Source of the DNA: Tubiluchus corallicola | Lineage: Eukaryota; Animalia; Priapulida | Assembly (NCBI GenBank): GCA_030141605.1 | Contig: JAQGDQ010000263.1 | Coordinates: 274,762 to 316,391, forward strand | Direction of reading: 5' to 3' | Length of the DNA stretch: 41,630 bases | Shown: positions 1 through 41,630 of the stretch, piece after piece | Position numbering within the stretch: position 1 is the stretch's first letter | Layout: each line of letters opens with the position of its first letter | Notes under the pieces: model-generated | The model's database searches: none | The model's input: the letters and a program-made list of their open reading frames with translations, nothing else | Told to the model about the DNA's origin: nothing | Position numbers and translations under genes: made by a program

Positions 1-417
1 TGGAGCGTTTGACTTTGTTATTTCTGTAGTGTTTTTAGGATGTTGAATAAATTTGTGTGATAATACTTACTAACAAATTTGAGAAAAGGTTGTAAGACTG
101 AAATGATAGTTGCACTACTGTAAATACACATGTTTTTTTCACTTTTTCTATGAATTTTTTAATGCAAAATGAAATAAAATTATATTGCTACATTATTATT
201 ATTACTAAATTAATGTCTAAGTGTTAAATTGTCAGATTTAAAGTTTTGATTATGCACTGTAGATTAGGCAAAATAAAATGCGCAAAATCCATTGGTGGAA
301 ATCTTGCAATGTTCTTTTAAATAGCAAGTCCATCGTATCTTAGAATATGTAAAATATACAGTTTTATAAACTAACAAACATAAACATAAACAAAGTAGAT
401 GATTTAACATTCCGTAC

Positions 418-39656
<39,239 letters not shown>

Positions 39657-39720
39657 CTAACAGTACAAGAAAATAATATATAGGTAAATTTGCATGCTAA
39701 CTGTAATTGTATGGTGTTCT

Positions 39721-40158
39721 ATTATGGAAGGAGTTTACAATTCCCCACACAATTTAAACACCCTAACCCTAACCCTAACCCTACACGAACCCTAACCCCA
39801 ACCCTAACCCTAACTCTACCCCATCCCAACCCCAACCCCAACCGCACCCAAACCCTACCCGAACCCTAACCCTAACCCTACCCTAACCCTTACCCTAACC
39901 CTAACCCGAACCCTAACTCTAACCCTAACCCTAACCATAACCATAACCATAACCCTATCCTAACCCTAACCCAACCCAACCCTACCCAAACCCCAGCCCC
40001 AACCCTAACCCTAACCCCAACCCCAACCCTAACCCTAACCCCAACCCCAATCCTAACCCTAACCCTTACCCTTACCCTAACCCTACCCGAAGCCCAACCG
40101 TACCCTAATCCTAACCATAACCCTACCCTAACCCTACCCTAACCCTACCCTACCCTAA
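39721..40158. repeat. interstitial telomere-like (CCCTAA)n variant tract 1 with 40-bp unique head
   Basis: ATTATGGAAGGAGTTTACAATTCCCCACAYAATTWAAACA followed by CCCTAA/CCCTA/CCATAA variants. Confidence 0.93.
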
Positions 40159-40788
40159 TTGTATCTGTATGGTGACAAACAAACAAACAAAGTCGAGAAC
40201 TGCTTAGTACATTTTATTGTTCGTGCACCATCATTACAGCCCTTTCATCATTTCACTTTATATTTGATACGTATTGAGATGCCATTTCCCAAATTATACA
40301 TTCTATCTGGAATGAAATATATAAATCCCGTTAAATAAACTCCTTTCTTATCAAAAGATCGATTACGATTAAGTGAATTACACAGAAAATTTGTCAACAC
40401 GTCATCACTGCTTTGAATACATTGAAATTTGAATGACAGGTATTTAAAACTAGGATGCTAATATTGAAGCCAGATGTCACCATCTTACAGGTAAGAACGG
40501 TATGTTAACTTAAGCTAATCAAAACACACACTGAACTATTATAAGTTATATTGTTACAACAAACTATTTCAGTTATTTAGTGAACAAAAATCCTCAACCA
40601 AACCAATTTAAAAGTGCTGAAAAGTGTTAGACACAAAACTGTTTTTATTAAGTTTCTATGACACTTAATGGTCCTTGAAACAGAAGTTATGTTAAATGAA
40701 ACATTTCGCAAGTATAAAACCATTACTCAGTGTATCTTTCACTTTTTTCAGTTATCAAAATACATAATAGAATTTTTAAAAGTTCAAA

Positions 40789-41630
40789 ATTATGGAAGGA
40801 GTTTACAATTCCCCACATAATTAAAACACCCTAACCCTTATCCTAGCCCTAACTCTAACCCTAACCATAACACTACCCTAACCTTAACCCTACCCTACCC
40901 TACCCTAACCCCAACCCCAACCATAACCCTACCCGAAGCCCTACCGTACCCTTACCCTAGCCCTAACTATAGCCCTACAATAACCCTAACCCTAACCCTA
41001 CCCGAAGCCCAACCGTACCCTTACCCTAACCCTAACCATAGCCCTACCCTAACCCTAACCCTAACCCTAACCCTACCCTAACCCTACCGGAAGCCCAACC
41101 GTACCCTTACCCTAGCCCTAACCATAGCCCTAACCCTACCCGAAGCCCAACCGTACCCTTACCCTAGCCCTAACCATAGCCCTACCCTAACCCTAACCCT
41201 ACCCTAACCCTACCCGAAGCCCAACCGTACCCTTACCCTAACCCTAACCATAGCCCTACCCTAACCCTAACCCTAACCCTACCCTAACCCTACCGGAAGC
41301 CCAACCGTACCCTTACCCTAGCCCTAACCATAGCCCTAACCCTACCCTAACCCTACCCGAAGCCCAACCGTACCCTTACCCTAGCCCTAACCATAGCCCT
41401 ACCCTAACCCTAACCCTACCCTAACCCTACCCGAAGCCCAACCGTACCCTTACCCTAACCCTAACCATAGCCCTATCCTAACCCTAACCCTAACCCTACC
41501 CTAACCCTACCGGAAGCCCAACCGTACCCTTACCCTAGCCCTAACCATAGCCCTAACCCTACCCGAAGCCCAACCGTACCCTTACCCTAACCCTAACCAT
41601 AGCCCTACCCTAACCCTAACCCTACCCTAA
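40789..41630. repeat. interstitial telomere-like tract 2 with the same head and a higher-order repeat; runs off the window
   Basis: same head; recurring CCCGAAGCCCAACCGTACCCTTACCCTARCCCTAACCATAGCCCTA blocks. Confidence 0.93.

Noticed and set aside
40829-41630. True chromosome telomere
   Set aside because: Wrong polarity for a right end, heavily variant units, and the VPS13 5' exons must lie further right

Overview
AT-rich animal (probably invertebrate) genomic DNA. The whole window lies inside one large minus-strand gene, a VPS13A/C-type bridge-like lipid transfer protein. I traced 35 GT-AG exons by hand from 39656 down to 418. They are phase-consistent and splice into 5634 nt (1878 aa) without a stop, covering RBG repeats and the VAB/SHR-BD region; the N- and C-termini lie outside the window. 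The introns hold decayed non-LTR retrotransposons, two copies of a tRNA-derived SINE, several TIR elements (hAT-, pogo/Tigger- and Kolobok-like), microsatellites, two interstitial telomere-like tracts sharing a unique head, and about 9 unrelated minisatellites. The most notable feature is that many minisatellites start at or overlap splice sites. One multiplies a 5' splice site 8 times in frame (24-nt unit, VSEVFDIK). Another multiplies a 3' splice site 7 times, and only the last copy is productive. No expression data were available, so all splicing consequences are inference.
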